DNA of 64,000 bases, from assembly GCF_006345805.1 (NCBI RefSeq), contig NC_042998.1:68758001-68822000 (forward strand), given 5' to 3'. How positions within the stretch are numbered: the stretch's first letter is position 1; each line of letters begins with the position of its first letter. Below the pieces are notes generated by a model. That model did no database searches, was not told the origin of the DNA, and saw nothing but the letters and a program-made list of their open reading frames with translations. The translations under genes and the position numbers were made by a program. The DNA is from Octopus sinensis. Lineage: Eukaryota. Positions 24,361 through 38,985 of the stretch are shown here, one piece after another.

Positions 24361-25070
24361 GGAAACTGTGAGAGGGGCTGCAGTTCCTTGTTACTGATAT
24401 ATGACTTTGACGTACACGTAAAATTTTTTGTCAGCAGATCAAATAAACTAACGAGGTCTTGTAGACCAAAACGCCTTCTACAATCTGGTGCACCGAAGGA
24501 TACAAAATATAAATGTGCACATCGATATTTTGATAGTCACTGCTTTGCATGCCTATTATAAATAAATTACAGCTTAGCAAAGACTCAGTACACTCCAGTA
24601 AATTTATTTTTCACTGTTTACATAAAGGAACGGAAATTGCGACTGAAACGGTGTCTATCGCTAAGGAGACACAATCCCGCCGAAACACGTGTCTGACAAT
24701 CTGCTAACAAAATTCGGAACTCGACTCGACGGGTTTTTACACACGAAATGTGTAAAGAGAAATTTTCCTCGGAAACAAGAGTATCGCAGCGAACGTCAAC
24801 GATAATTTAGTGTACAGGAGCGGGTTACATATAAATGTATATAACGTTATTTTGATCGTTCTGAGCTGCGTGCCTATTTTAAATTGAATATTGTTGTAAT
24901 TTAGGAGGGTCATACTGCTAATACCTCCACACGCATTGGTTGTAATTCACTTCAATTTTAGTTTTATTATTAAGTAAATTTTCATAACTTTTTCTTCCTA
25001 TTTCTATGATCTTTACACATCAAAATTATTGCAAAACAGGTTCAAAAATGAAATAAATATATAAATATAT

Positions 25071-25245
25071 AGGCGTAGGAGTGGCTGTGTGGTAAATAGC
25101 ATGCTTACCAACCACATAGTTCCGGGTTCAGTCCCACTGCGTGGTACCTTGGGGAAGTGTCTTCTACTATAGCCTCGGGCCGATCAAATCCTTGTGAGTG
25201 GATTTGGTAGACGGAAACTGAAAGAAACCCGTCGTATATATGTGT

Positions 25246-25300
<55 letters not shown>

Positions 25301-25520
25301 TGTGTGTGAGTGTGTCTTTGTTTGTCCCCCCACCATTGCTTGCCAGCCGATGCAGGGGTATTTACGTCCCCGTAACTTAGCAGTTCGACAAAAGACACCG
25401 ATAGGCTTACAAAGAAGAAGTCCTGCGGTCGATTTGCTCGACTAAAGGCGGTGCTCCAGCATGGCCGCAGTCAAATGACTGAAACAAATAAAAGAATAAT
25501 AGAATAAAAAAATAAAATAG
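25071..25520 (+). mobile_element. SINE family B
   Basis: Full-length copy ending ~20 nt from the exon 2 donor. Confidence 0.85.
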
Positions 25521-25539
25521 AAGGCGAAATCCTACATAC

Positions 25540-25902
25540 TTTTTGCGCACAGATATTCTGCAGTCATGTACTGTGTGGTCATGCCAAACCTTGAAGTGGG
25601 ACATTTATCAATATTTAAGGCCCAGTCTACAATAAACCAGCATTGGGATTTTCCATGACATTTTCGGAATTTCTCGTCCGTCGGAGTTAAGGGTTGACCG
25701 TAAATAAAGTAACAATCATTCACGGAATCCCATTGACAACAGAAGTTTGTATCTGATTTCGATTCTGTACAGTTCGTTTGGAGCTGTTTACTTCCAAGTT
25801 TCAAAGAATTCAAGACGACTTCTTCGTTATGGTTTTGGCATTCTATTTCCAGGAGATGCGTGTTAATGCCGTAACACTGGGTGACGTTCAAAAATGGACT
25901 CC
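25540..25902 (-). CDS. Exon 2: SUEL/rhamnose-binding lectin-like domain (10 Cys)
   Basis: ttttcacAG|GG AGT CCA ... TGC GCA AAA A|GTATGT; 363 nt, phase 1-1. Motifs LEIEC, LKLGSK, KCHGKSQC and QYMTAEYLC match the SUEL cysteine pattern, with a CCQWDSVNDC insert. Confidence 0.88.
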
Positions 25903-26207
25903 CTGTGAAAACGAAAAATTGATAGAAAACATTATAGAAAATCATGTTTAGTTTTTCGTGAATGTTAATATAAAAGTGACAAAATTTCTTGTTAATTATT
26001 CTCAACATTGTTATCTACGTAAGTATACAGACATACGTCAATATTGATCTGATTACGGACAGAGGTAGGATCGATAATGATTAACACCTCTCACTAATAA
26101 TGTCTTCGACTACAACAACAGCAACAACAACAGGAAGAAGAAGAAGAAGAAAAAAGAAGAAGAATGAGAAGAACGAGAAGAAGAACAACAACAACAAGAC
26201 GAAGACA

Positions 26208-26295
<88 letters not shown>

Positions 26296-26357
26296 AGGAG
26301 GAGGAGGAGGAGAAAAAAAGAAGAAGAAGAAGAGAAGAAGAAGAAGAAGAAGAAGAA

Positions 26358-26497
26358 TTCGCAATTGTTTGGGTTTGCAAGAATTCTTCGGAGGCTTCTT
26401 GAAGCATGACCAGTAAACAAATGCCACCTTAGTCTGCTGGCTGTGGACAGCTGACACTTTCCATTATACTCAGCAAAATAAGCTGTGAGTTTTAATA
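26358..26497 (+). mobile_element. Short 3' end of REL retrotransposon family 2
   Basis: LFGFARILRRLLEA* plus the same 3' UTR as 2293-2385. (GAA)n upstream, (TAA)n downstream. Confidence 0.75.
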
Positions 26498-26672
26498 CAA
26501 TAATAATAATAATTTCAAATTACAACACAAGGGTAAGGGGGTAAGCCGATTACCTCGACCCCAGTGTTTAACTGGTACTTATTTCATCGACCCCGAAAGA
26601 ATGAAAGGCAAAATCGACCTCGACGGAATTTAAACTCAGGATGTAGCGATTCTGCCAGCTCGCTGCCTTAAA

Positions 26673-26762
<90 letters not shown>

Positions 26763-26764
<2 letters not shown>

Positions 26765-28817
26765 CTGTTCCCAGAAGAGCAGAAAGGATGCCGCAAGGGC
26801 TCATATGGCTGTAAAGATCAACTAATGATTAATAAAGCCATAACTGAAGACAGCCACAGAAAGAAGAAAGGCCTCAGTATGGCCTGGATTGACTACAAAA
26901 AGGCGTTTGATAGCATCCCTCACACATGGATCCTCGAAACACTAGCCATTAACAAAGTAGCACCAACAATCATAAAATTCATAGAGCACTCTATGAATAA
27001 ATGGCAAACAGTCCTACACCTCCAAACAAAAGAGGGACTCATGAAAACCAAAGACATCCCCATTAGAAAAGGAATATTCCAGGGAGACACGCTCTCTCCA
27101 CTCCTTTTCTGCTTGGCACTGTCACCTCTATCTGATATGCTAAATAGAACTGGATGCGGATATAAATGTTACGGCAAAACGATCAGCCACCTTTTATATA
27201 TGGATGACCTAAAACTATACGCTGCAAATGACAAACAGCTGGAAACACTTTTAAAGACAGTTCATGGATTTACCAAAGAAATAGATATAAAATTTGGATT
27301 AGAAAAATGCGCCAAAGTAAGCATCACACTAGATAAAACCAATGAAATAAAAGAATTAGACCAAAGCCAAACTTACAAATACTTAGGAATCCATGAACTA
27401 GATAAGACACAACACACACAACTGAAAGAGAAAATAAAAAAAGAATATTATAGACGAGTTAGATCAATACTAAAAACAGAGCTCAATGCTAAAAACAAGA
27501 TAATAGGTATCAACACTTTAGCTGTCCCAGTTATAAGTTACAGCTACAACATCCTTAACTGGACACGAAATGAACTGTCCAAAATAGATAGGAAAACAAG
27601 AAAATACTGACAGGATCTAGGATGCATCACCCAAAATCTGACATAGAAAGACTATATATACAACGTATAGAAGGTGGTAGAGGCCTTATACAGCTGGAAA
27701 ACTACTATAAAATAACCACCATAGGACTGCAAAAATACCTACTTCAGAAGGAAGGAAAACTGATCCAGATAGCAGCAAAACACGAGCAAACAAAAAACTG
27801 TTCTCAGTATTTAAGGAAGCTGACAAATACAAACATGAAATCATACCACCTAATAAACACAAAGAAGAAGAAGAAGATGATGAAGAAACAACAAAGCTAT
27901 AAACAAATGAAATCCAAACTAAAAATAGAACAGCAACGAGCCATGATAAAACGATGGCAAGAAAAGCCCCTTCATGGTAAATACTGCACTAAACTAAACG
28001 CAAAAGAAATAGACAAAGAAAAATCCCAGCAATGGTTGAGAAGTTCAGGACTCAAAGCAGAAACAGAGGGATTTTTAATTGCAGCACAAGACCAAAGCCT
28101 CCCCACCAGAAATTACCAAAAACATGTAATGAAAAGAAATATTACAAGTAACTGCAGAATATGTGGAGATGGACAAGAAACAATAAATCATATTATCTCT
28201 AGCTGCCCAGTCCTAGCTAAGAAGGAATATATTCACAGACATGACAGAGTTGGAACCTACATATATTGGAAGCTATGCCAACATTATGGAATAACAACAG
28301 AAAAAAGATGGTATAGGCACACACCAGAAAAGGTCACAGAAAACGAGAAAGCAACCATACTCTGGGATATGCCGATACACACAGATAGAGAAATTAAGGC
28401 CAACAGACCAGATATAGTTGTCAGAGATCATGAAGAAAAAAAATGCTTTCTAATTGATGTATCAATACCGGCAGATGACAACGTGTCTCTAAAAGAAATG
28501 GAGAAACTCTCAAAATACAAAGACCTGGAAATAGAGGTAACTAGAATGTGGAACCTGAAAACAGAAACAATTCCTATCATAGTAGGTGCATTAGGCATGA
28601 TAAAAAAAATATTCAGACAAATACATAACAAAAACACCAGGACTTACAAACACATATAACATACAGAAAATTGCACTACTAGGCACTGCACACATCCTAC
28701 GCAGAACACTTTCCATACAATAACCATCAGAGCATCACAACAAATCACAGCACATACCCAAGGCACACAGAGCTGCGCTCGGTAGTGAAGTGAAAGCACG
28801 CTATAAAAATAAAACTA

Positions 28818-28820
<3 letters not shown>
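26763..28820 (+). mobile_element. 5'-truncated R4/Dong-like non-LTR retrotransposon (RT + CCHC + restriction-like endonuclease) in (TAA)n
   Basis: RT motifs IDYKKAFDS, GIFQGDTLSPLLF, YMDDL, YKYLG; AETEGFLIAAQDQ; CRICG...HIISSC zinc knuckle; RHD; RPD...IDVSIP; KLSKY. Flanked by (TAA)n on both sides. Frameshifted at A-runs. Confidence 0.92.
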
Positions 28821-28892
<72 letters not shown>

Positions 28893-29225
28893 GTGGGGGA
28901 AGCATCATAGCCATGTGTTGAGAATTATTTTGGGTTTGAATTATTCACCTTTGATAAACATGGGTTTTTTTGTTCAACATCCTTAAACAGGGACCTTCTG
29001 AGCGGGATGAGCTACTCGAGCTGAAGAAAATTCTAACTAGGCCCCCACCTGCAAAGTCATGCGCTGTTTATCTTGATGTGAGATCAACATATCGTGCACA
29101 TGGTTGTGATGCATGTGCTTGGTGTACCCTTATCAGACGGATAGTCATTATGTGTATATTGAGCTTCGTATATTTGTACCCCAGTGTCACTTTGATGGCC
29201 TGCACTGCTCTCTCATTCAATAATA

Positions 29226-29295
<70 letters not shown>

Positions 29296-29339
29296 GGAGG
29301 AGGAGGAGGAGGAGGAGGAGGAGGAGGAGGAGGGAATGA

Positions 29340-29905
29340 TCACATCTCACTCCTCTAGAACTTTACCATTCAAACTGACAGAAAGATAGATGCGAATAGC
29401 CCAGACCTTATATAGAAAGACTTCAGACCAAAATCATGCCTCCTCATTGATATGACTATCCCAATCGACGTAAATGTATCTGTCAAGACCTAACAAAAAC
29501 TGAGCAAGTATAAAGATCTTGAAACAGAAATTGATAAAATGTGGAACCTGAAGACTAAGACAATACCTGTTGTCATAGGTGCCCTAGGAATAATAGCTAA
29601 AGGGGCTGATTCCTACCTAGCTCATATACCAGGCAGCCCCAAAATGGCAGAAATTTAAAAGATAGTGCTCATGGGAATTGCCCATATGCTACGTAAAATA
29701 CAGTCTATGTAATCTCAAATTTTAAAGCAAACTCATAATTTTCTTATGTTTCCTTAACATTCTCTAGAACAATGCTATGTACAAAACCAAATATATGGCA
29801 CCCTGGGCATAACACCAACATGAACTTCCAACTTGTCTCTTGAGGTCTCTGGATGAGACTTTGAGCCAACTTGTACAAATGTAATGCAAAGGTCAAACAT
29901 AAAAT
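29340..29905 (+). mobile_element. Decayed 3' fragment of an R4-like REL retrotransposon (family 3)
   Basis: IQTDRKIDANSPD...LIDMTIP...KLSKYKDLETEIDKMWNLKTKTIPVVIGALG...IVLMGIAHMLRK, with stops. 3' UTR followed by (TAA)n. Confidence 0.8.
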
Positions 29906-29949
29906 AATAATAATAATGATAATAATAATAATAACAATAATAATAATAA

Positions 29950-29980
<31 letters not shown>

Positions 29981-30059
29981 AAGAAGAAGAAGAAGAAGAA
30001 GAAGAAGAAGAAGAAGAAGAAGAAGAAGAAGAAGAAGAAGAAGAAGAAATTATAAATAA

Positions 30060-30270
30060 ATTGACTGTGTAGGCCGACGAGTACATTGGGATGATAGTCG
30101 GGTGTGCTGCTTCAAAGCAACAGAAAAGTGGTAGGAACACGAACCATGGGCTTTACAAAATCTTGTGGGACTTCGCCATACTATTGAAGCAAAAAGACCA
30201 GACATGATCATAGAGAATGAAATAAGCAGTGTATGATCAACTAAAGATTCTGTCAGATCGACACCTTTGT
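30060..30270 (+). mobile_element. Decayed internal REL-domain fragment
   Basis: Recognisable pieces VGRRVHW, KILWDF and IEAKRPDMII across frames, directly after (GAA)n. Confidence 0.55.
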
Positions 30271-30304
30271 ATTGTTGTTGCTGAAATAATGGTTTCCAAT
30301 TTTG

Positions 30305-30670
30305 GCACGAGGCCAACAATTTCGAGGGAAGAGATAAGTTGATTACATCAACCCCGTGGTACTTATTTTATCGACTTCGATAAAGATGAGAGTCGAAGTC
30401 GACCTCGGTCAAATTTAAACCCAAAAAGCAGTGACGGACAAAATACCTATTTCTTTACTACCCACAAGGGGCTAAACACAGAGAGGACAGACAAGCGGAT
30501 TAAGTTGATTAGATCAACCCCAGTGCGTAACTGGTGCTTAATTTATCGACCCCGAAAGGATGAAAGGCAAAGTCGACCTCGGCGGAATTTGAACTCAGAA
30601 CGTAGTGACAGACAAAATACTGCTGAGCATTTCGCTCGGCGTGCTAACGTTTCTGCCAGCTCGCCTCCTT
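30305..30670 (-). mobile_element. SINE family A (dimeric)
   Basis: Reverse complement of the family A head and two modules. Confidence 0.8.
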
Positions 30671-31357
30671 TCATCTCTCCAGGATTGATATAATAAAGTA
30701 CCAGTCAAGTTCATGGGTCGAAATGATCGTCTGTTCTCTATCCTTGAAATTTCTGGCCTTTATTTTGCCTAAATAAGAAACCATTCCTTTTATGACTAAT
30801 ATTTTACATTTTTGAGTTCAAATCTCGCTGAGGTTGACATTATCTTTTATCCTTTCGGGGTCGATGAAATAAGGTTAAATCTAATATACGGTTAAGGTTA
30901 AATTGTTAGTAAGTGAGTTAATGACCAGACAAGGAAATATATATTGAACGAGTTTTGCGTATAAAAGTGTAAACAAAGATTAGGGTGGATTAAGGGATTC
31001 TTATTGTGTGTATTCGTAATGTTTTAGATGAGGTTATATAATTAAAAATGGATTAGGCAGCTGTTTCTAGATATTTTGTTTATTTATTTTGTTATCAGTT
31101 ATTTATTTTGGCTGACGTAGTAGTTTTTCTATTTATGTATTTTTATTTTTTATTTGTTGCAGTCATTTGACTGCGGCCATGCTGGAGCACCGTCTTTTGT
31201 CGAACAAATAGACGACCCCGGGACTTATTCTTTGTAAGAAACCTAGTACTTATTCTATCGGTCTTTTGCCGAACCGCTAAGTTACAGCAATGTAAACACA
31301 CCAGCATCGGTTGTCAAGCGGTGTTGGTGGGGAGAGGACAAACACAAACACACAAAC

Positions 31358-31399
<42 letters not shown>

Positions 31400-31546
31400 G
31401 ACTGGCTTCTTTTAGTTTCCGTCTATCAAATCCACTCATCTTTCTTTCCTTCCCTGAGCGTCTGCTAATACGTTACATGTACCACGTCTTCACGTTGTTT
31501 TTTATTGTGTTTGTTCTTCATTTTTTTGGGGTGGGGGTGGATTTAC

Positions 31547-31632
<86 letters not shown>

Positions 31633-31749
31633 TACACACACACGTACACGACAGGTTTCTTTCAGTTTCCGTCTACAAATTCGACTCATGAGTTTTTGGT
31701 CAGCCCGAGGGTATTGTAGAAGAGACATGGCCAAGGTTTCACTCAATTG

Positions 31750-31855
<106 letters not shown>

Positions 31856-33189
31856 CATTAATTTGTACATATTTATACACGCATATGCAACACAAAAACT
31901 CATGAGTGGATCTGGGCCAAACAACAATAACACCAACCATATTGTTTAGGGAGAGGCGCTGCACCGTCAACGTACGGAGCAACCAGCCCAGTTGGCACTC
32001 ATCTCCCAGCACCATCAAGTGCTAAAGCAATTCAGAAGATGTACGATTCAATCTGAATAACAGACAAGAAGGCGATCCTGGATGAATAAATGTATATCTG
32101 AAAGACAGTCTTTGGGACGAATCAATTAAAAGTAATGTCTCGAGTCCTTGGGCTCCTAGGATCGGTTACCACGTTTTTCCTGGAGCAATTGGACACGAGT
32201 CCGTCGAAGTGTTGTTCATATTTACAGATGAGTGGACTGGAGCAACTTCAAATGAAATATTTAACTCAAGAACACAATGCATCGCCTGCTCCGGGGATCG
32301 AAACATCAATCTTGCGATTGTGAACGGAATAGCTTAACCATGTGGCTACGAGGCGATTATAAGTGGAATCGCTTAACCACGAGGCTACGAGGCCACGCGT
32401 CTTCACCGAATCAATTAAAACCGTTTGAAATATCGATCTTGAAAATGGCTTTAGAATTATTCGCAGAGAATTACGGATATTGATGAATGGTATAAGTGAA
32501 GCTAAGAGAACAATGCCTGATTCCTGTCAAGCGTCTTTGCTGTGTTGTGGTCTTAGGCACTCAAGACCATTCCCTGGCCATTACAATAAAAAGAAATTGC
32601 TTGTGGGGAATTACTGTAACTGATGATAGTGATGTGGGTTAACGGTCAGGAAAAACTGGCCATTCTAAACTTTGTAATGCCTGAGGTTACTTCGACTCAA
32701 AACTTGCAAGACATTCCGTGTTTGGGTAAATAACGGAAGCATTTGAGTTTTTATAATTGTACAGCAACCATGAGGCCGTATTGATTTAGTTCTGAGTCTA
32801 GAGCTTTTGAGATTAATTCGAGTGTTGCAGGATGTCTTTCTTGATGAGAGTTTTTTGGTTTGTGTAACGAGCTGAGACTAGATCTATGGACATAAATATC
32901 TCGAGCTGTTTCCTGGGGCATAAAATTTAGAGTTGATCTCTTAGCATAGTGGATACATGCCATGTTTACAGTGGAAGAAAAACTGTTTCCGACCCTAGTC
33001 AGGAAAAGAATTTGAAGAGTAAATATCACTTAGCAGTTTTATGTGTGATTAAATAAACTGAATTTGAGCCGCTTTTGGTATTTTAAGAATTAGACGCTTG
33101 ATTGGCTTAAAATGCTACAAAATAATGGAAAAACTTCTCCTTTGACAAAACAGTAATTTGTATGGAATGGCTGGTGAAGAGTTACGTAA

Positions 33190-33450
33190 CAAGACGACGA
33201 GGGACACAAAATCTCTGCACCCCGTCTGAGAAATGAGCTTCGCAAGGTGGGGTGGCTGCTGTAGCGAATGTTGCTGGCCATTCTCCGCGGCAACGCCATT
33301 GCGGTTATGTCCTCAGGGTGCGGCTGAACACGCCATTTGTTTTGGGATCTATTCCCTCCCCACATCTTCTGCGTCTTAATCCACCCCGTTTTTCTCTTTC
33401 TTTGTTTCCTTGGAATTATATTGTGATTCAAATTTTAAATAAATAAAACT
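33190..33450 (+). mobile_element. CRE-like non-LTR 3' end
   Basis: GHKISA...GWLL*RMLLAILRGNAIAVMSSGCG* resembles the CRE-clade terminal motif L.QR.S.AIQRGNA.AV. Confidence 0.5.
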
Positions 33451-33614
33451 AATTTTGATATTTCATTAAAAGGAAATCGTAAAAATTGAATGAAAGAAAA
33501 AAAAGTAATTCTCACAAAGTTGTTTTGTGGCAGAATCGAAACTACACTTAACATTGAACAGTTTTAATGACTTTGGCACATTTCACACATTGGTATACAG
33601 CATTTTTAATAATC

Positions 33615-33830
33615 TTTTCTATTCTAGGTACAAGGCCCGAAATTTTGCGGGGGGGGTGGCAATCGATTAGATCGACCCCAGTACGCAAATTGGTACTTAA
33701 TTTATTGACCCAGAAAGGATGAAAGGCAAGGTCGACCTCGGCGGAATTTGAACTCAGAATGTAAAGACAGACAAAATACTGCTATGCATTTAGCCCGGCG
33801 TGCTAACGATTCTGCCAGCTCGCCGCCTTC
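33615..33830 (-). mobile_element. SINE family A (monomer)
   Basis: Reverse complement of head, body and ggccttgt(g/a)cctag tail. Confidence 0.8.
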
Positions 33831-34759
33831 AGCATTTTTAATAATGCATGATGGAAGAATTTGCAGTTGCGAAGAAGGAAAACTCTTGCATGGCAAGAAT
33901 AAGCAATGAAGATTTTCGTTTTTGATTATTTCATGTTCCGGATTGACTCTAGCACAAACAAAATGAAGTCAACATTGAACGAACCACATCCTATTGACGA
34001 ACAAACTATGAAGGACAGCAGCAATTGTGTTGTGGAGAGACTATTGGCAGCACCAATTCTGCTATCAGTCGTCTCTTAAGATTTGTTAATAACTTTAATT
34101 CAAAACTGCCAACTCACTTTTGAAACCCAAAACACGAAAGAAATCCTCAAGTGGATGCTATACATAATATTTTAGATAAACGATACATAAAGACTCAAAT
34201 ACTTTTTCTTTCTTTTTTTTATTCGGTGACTGTACACAGAGAAAGAAAGGAAAATTACTCCTATAGTAAAACAAGATATAAAAGAAGCTTCATTAAAAGA
34301 TTAATATCACCAGATGTCACCTAAATGTTTTAAATAATGCAAACTTACGTCATTCAACCCTTTCTATGGACGTTTAACCAAGCATAATAATCCTCTTAAA
34401 ACAATCCCTCCTTGTTCCCTCAAGGGAGCAGCCATTTCATACTCTTTTGCGATAACGATCGTTGAATTTCGAAAAAGTAATTTCACTTGGTTTTATTTAT
34501 TTGGTGGGGGGGGGGGCATTTCCTGTTCGTAATGTCAAGTATTCGCTGTCCTTGTCGCCAATCAAAAACTACGACCTTAATCCCATCTTTCGTGTACATG
34601 AGCAAACATTTTTGCAACTGTAGCAAACGTTACTCACTCGACAACTACCACGTCGATTCGTGTCCTACATTGTCACCTGACCTAGCAACGAGAGAACCCA
34701 TTGTGTTTGTAATCTTTAATCTCCTGAGTAATTCCGTTTAACTTCTTTAAGACCATCCT

Positions 34760-34935
34760 GACCAGATATGTGGAGGGGAAGGAAACAAGCGGTCGTCGAA
34801 GACGTTCGTGAACGGATGTTATCAAAGAATGAACAGAAAAACTAGGGTTCGGCTGATTGTATGCTCGCAGTGTAATACAGAGGGAATTGAAGACTCTTTG
34901 CAAGTCATGATCAGAGGGAGGGCACCTGCCTGATG
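34760..34935 (+). mobile_element. Decayed RTE-like LINE 3' end
   Basis: KTILTRYVEGKETSGRRRRS*TDVIKE*T resembles TILQG.VEGKR.RGRPRRSWTD.IKEWT. Confidence 0.55.
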
Positions 34936-35061
34936 ACTAATATACACACATACATACATACATACATGCATGCATACATACATACATACATATAAATATA
35001 CATACATACATATAAATATACATACCTACATACATATAGATATACATACATACCTACATAC

Positions 35062-35161
<100 letters not shown>

Positions 35162-35439
35162 ATAGAAATATGTTACAAAAAGAAAATAGAATCTACACGT
35201 GGAAATGTAAGGGGAAAGTAAAAAGAAAAAAAACCGAAAATGCACATTGGAAATCAAAAAAAGTAAAGGCATTTTATGAAAAGTAACGATAAATATATAC
35301 AATTAGATGAATTGAGATAGGAATAAAAGTAATAAAAGTCATTCAAAGGCATACCGGTTTCGTAAAATTACTGTTCACTGGCTTTGAATGCGAACCGATT
35401 ACCGAACGGTGTCGGGTCTACTTGTCCCTGATTAAAAAG

Positions 35440-35977
<538 letters not shown>

Positions 35978-36019
35978 GTATATACACATATACATATGTA
36001 TGCCTTTACTTTTTTATTT

Positions 36020-36230
36020 TATACTTGTTTCAGTCATTACACAGCGGCCATGCAGGGGCAACGCCATGAAGGATTTTAGTCGAACAAAACGACGCCAGTA
36101 CTTATTTGCTAAAGCCTGTTACTTATTCTGACGGGCCCTTTCGCCGAACCGCTAAGTTACAGGGATGTAAACACCCCAACACCGGTTGGCAAGCGGTGGT
36201 GGGAGACAAACACAGACTCGAAGATACACA
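36020..36230 (-). mobile_element. SINE family B 3' half, tail-to-tail with the previous copy
   Basis: Reverse complement of the family B 3' half. Confidence 0.8.
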
Positions 36231-36302
36231 CACATAGACAGATAGAGAAAAAACAGACAGACATAGATAGATATATAGATAGAGTGACAGACAGACAGAC
36301 AC

Positions 36303-36363
<61 letters not shown>

Positions 36364-36375
36364 CATATATAGATA

Positions 36376-37011
<636 letters not shown>

Positions 37012-37064
37012 ATATATATTGTGTGTATATATATTTATGTATATAAATAAATTTATTTGTCCAT

Positions 37065-37251
37065 ATTCTATAACTTGTTTCATTCATTTGACTGCGGCCA
37101 TGCTGGAGCACCACTTTTAGTCGAACAAATCGACCCCAGGACTTATTCTTTATAAAGCTTGTACTTATTCTATTGTCAAGAGATGGTGGAGGGACAAACA
37201 CAGACACACACACACACACGCACGCACACACACACACACACACGCACGCAT

Positions 37252-37320
<69 letters not shown>

Positions 37321-37470
37321 CGACGGGCTTCTTTCAGTTTCCGTCTACGAAATCCATTCACAAGGCTTTGGTCGGCCCGAGGCTATAGTAGAAGACACTT
37401 GCCCATGGTGCCAAAGTGCAGTAGGACTGAACCCGGAACCAGGTGGTTGGTAAGCGAGCTACTTCCCACA
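37065..37470 (-). mobile_element. SINE family B
   Basis: Reverse complement of the family B consensus with internal (CA)n(TA)n. Confidence 0.8.
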
Positions 37471-38204
37471 CACCCACTTCTGCACATTCATTTAAGAAAT
37501 GTGGCTATATAGGCACATGAAACAATTAACGAAAGCATGATACAACGCGCTAGGTCCTCCTCGCTTGCGAGTGACGACCAAGTCTGTCTTGTTAGTTATT
37601 TAAAAACTCGCAAAAACTGTTAAACCCGCAACTGCGACCTGGTTACTGACACCATGTGAACTGTGTCATTAAGTAAGTCGCAGAATAAGCTGGGACCTCA
37701 AGGAAATAAATGGAAAGAAAATTTAGCAATTGTAAATAAACTAATTAAATTCGTGAGTTGATAATTTAAAATATTATGTTTTACTACATTAATTATGATA
37801 ACCTAGCTATCGAGGAGGCGCATAGCTCACTGGTTGGGGTATTGTATTCATGACCTAAAGATTGTAGTTTCGATTCCTGAACCGGCCGATGTGTTGCGCT
37901 CTTGATCAAAGCATTTATTTCATGTTATTCCAATCCATTCCGCTGACAAAAATAATAATCCTCCGACGTCCTGTCCAATGGGATGGGGTATACATATGAT
38001 CCAGGAAAACCGACCCTATAAGTCTATATGAGTCGGGAATGTCCCCAAGTATCTTCCTATAGACCTTTTGTAAGATTTGGTAGTTCCCAAAATTCGTTAA
38101 GGATCATATTATATAATTAGGGTTCGCATTAATTTTATCACAAGGGACCACAATTTTGTCTTTGTAATCTTTGCTCACGAGCACTAAGCTTTCTAATCTG
38201 GGGA

Positions 38205-38985
38205 AACGCTTCACTGTGTCACGAACTTATACAGGTCAGTTACAAGATTATACAGGATATTATACAGGTAAGTCATAAAATTATGCAGGCGAGTTATGGA
38301 GACATAGAGATGTGTCAGGAAATTATACAGGTGTGCAGACGTACCGATGTGCTGGCGTGCAGGTGTGCAGGCGTGGCTGTGTGGTAAGAAGTGGTGCTTC
38401 CTAACCATATGGTTCCAAGTTCAGTACTACATCGTGGCACCTTAGACAAGTGCCTTCTGCTACAACGTTGGGCCGAGAAGAGCCTTGTGAGTGGATTTGG
38501 TAGACGGAAACTGAAAGAAGCCCGTCGTATACATACATGGATATATGAGAGTCTTTCTGTCTGTATTTGTCCTCCACCTACGCTGGACAACCGGTGTCGG
38601 TGTGTTTACGTCCCCGAAACTTAACTTTTCGGTAAAAGTCACCGATAGAATAAATACCAAGCTTTACAAAAATGTAAGTACTGGCGGTGTTCCAGCATGG
38701 CCACAGTCTAACGAGTGAAACAAGTAAAAGATAAAAGGTGTGCCGCTAAATTATACAGGTGTGTAACGAAATTACAGAGGTGTGTGACTGAATTACACAG
38801 GTGTGAGGTTGAGTCATGAATTTATGCGAGTCATGAAATTATACAGGTGAGTCACTAATTTGTACAGGTGTGCTGCAAATGATGTATATGTATTCCGAAA
38901 TTTTATAGGTGTTGTACTAAATTATACAGGTGTGTCTCAAAATTATACAGATGAGTCAGGAAATTATACAGGACAGTCTCATATG
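38205..38985 (+). repeat. Degenerate ~22-bp minisatellite (AATTATACAGGTG core) split by a SINE B (38368-38737)
   Basis: More than a dozen recurrences of (A)TTATACAGG(TG) on both sides of the SINE. Confidence 0.8.

Noticed and set aside
24654-24697. GCC-GAAAC-ACGU-GUC-UGAC, the 3' half of a hammerhead
   Set aside because: There is no recognisable CUGANGA upstream. Possibly a very old remnant, but not supportable.
34345-34440. Minus-strand GTAAG donor considered as the signal-peptide exon
   Set aside because: There are in-frame stops in the required phase; the exon at 41846-41921 fits far better.
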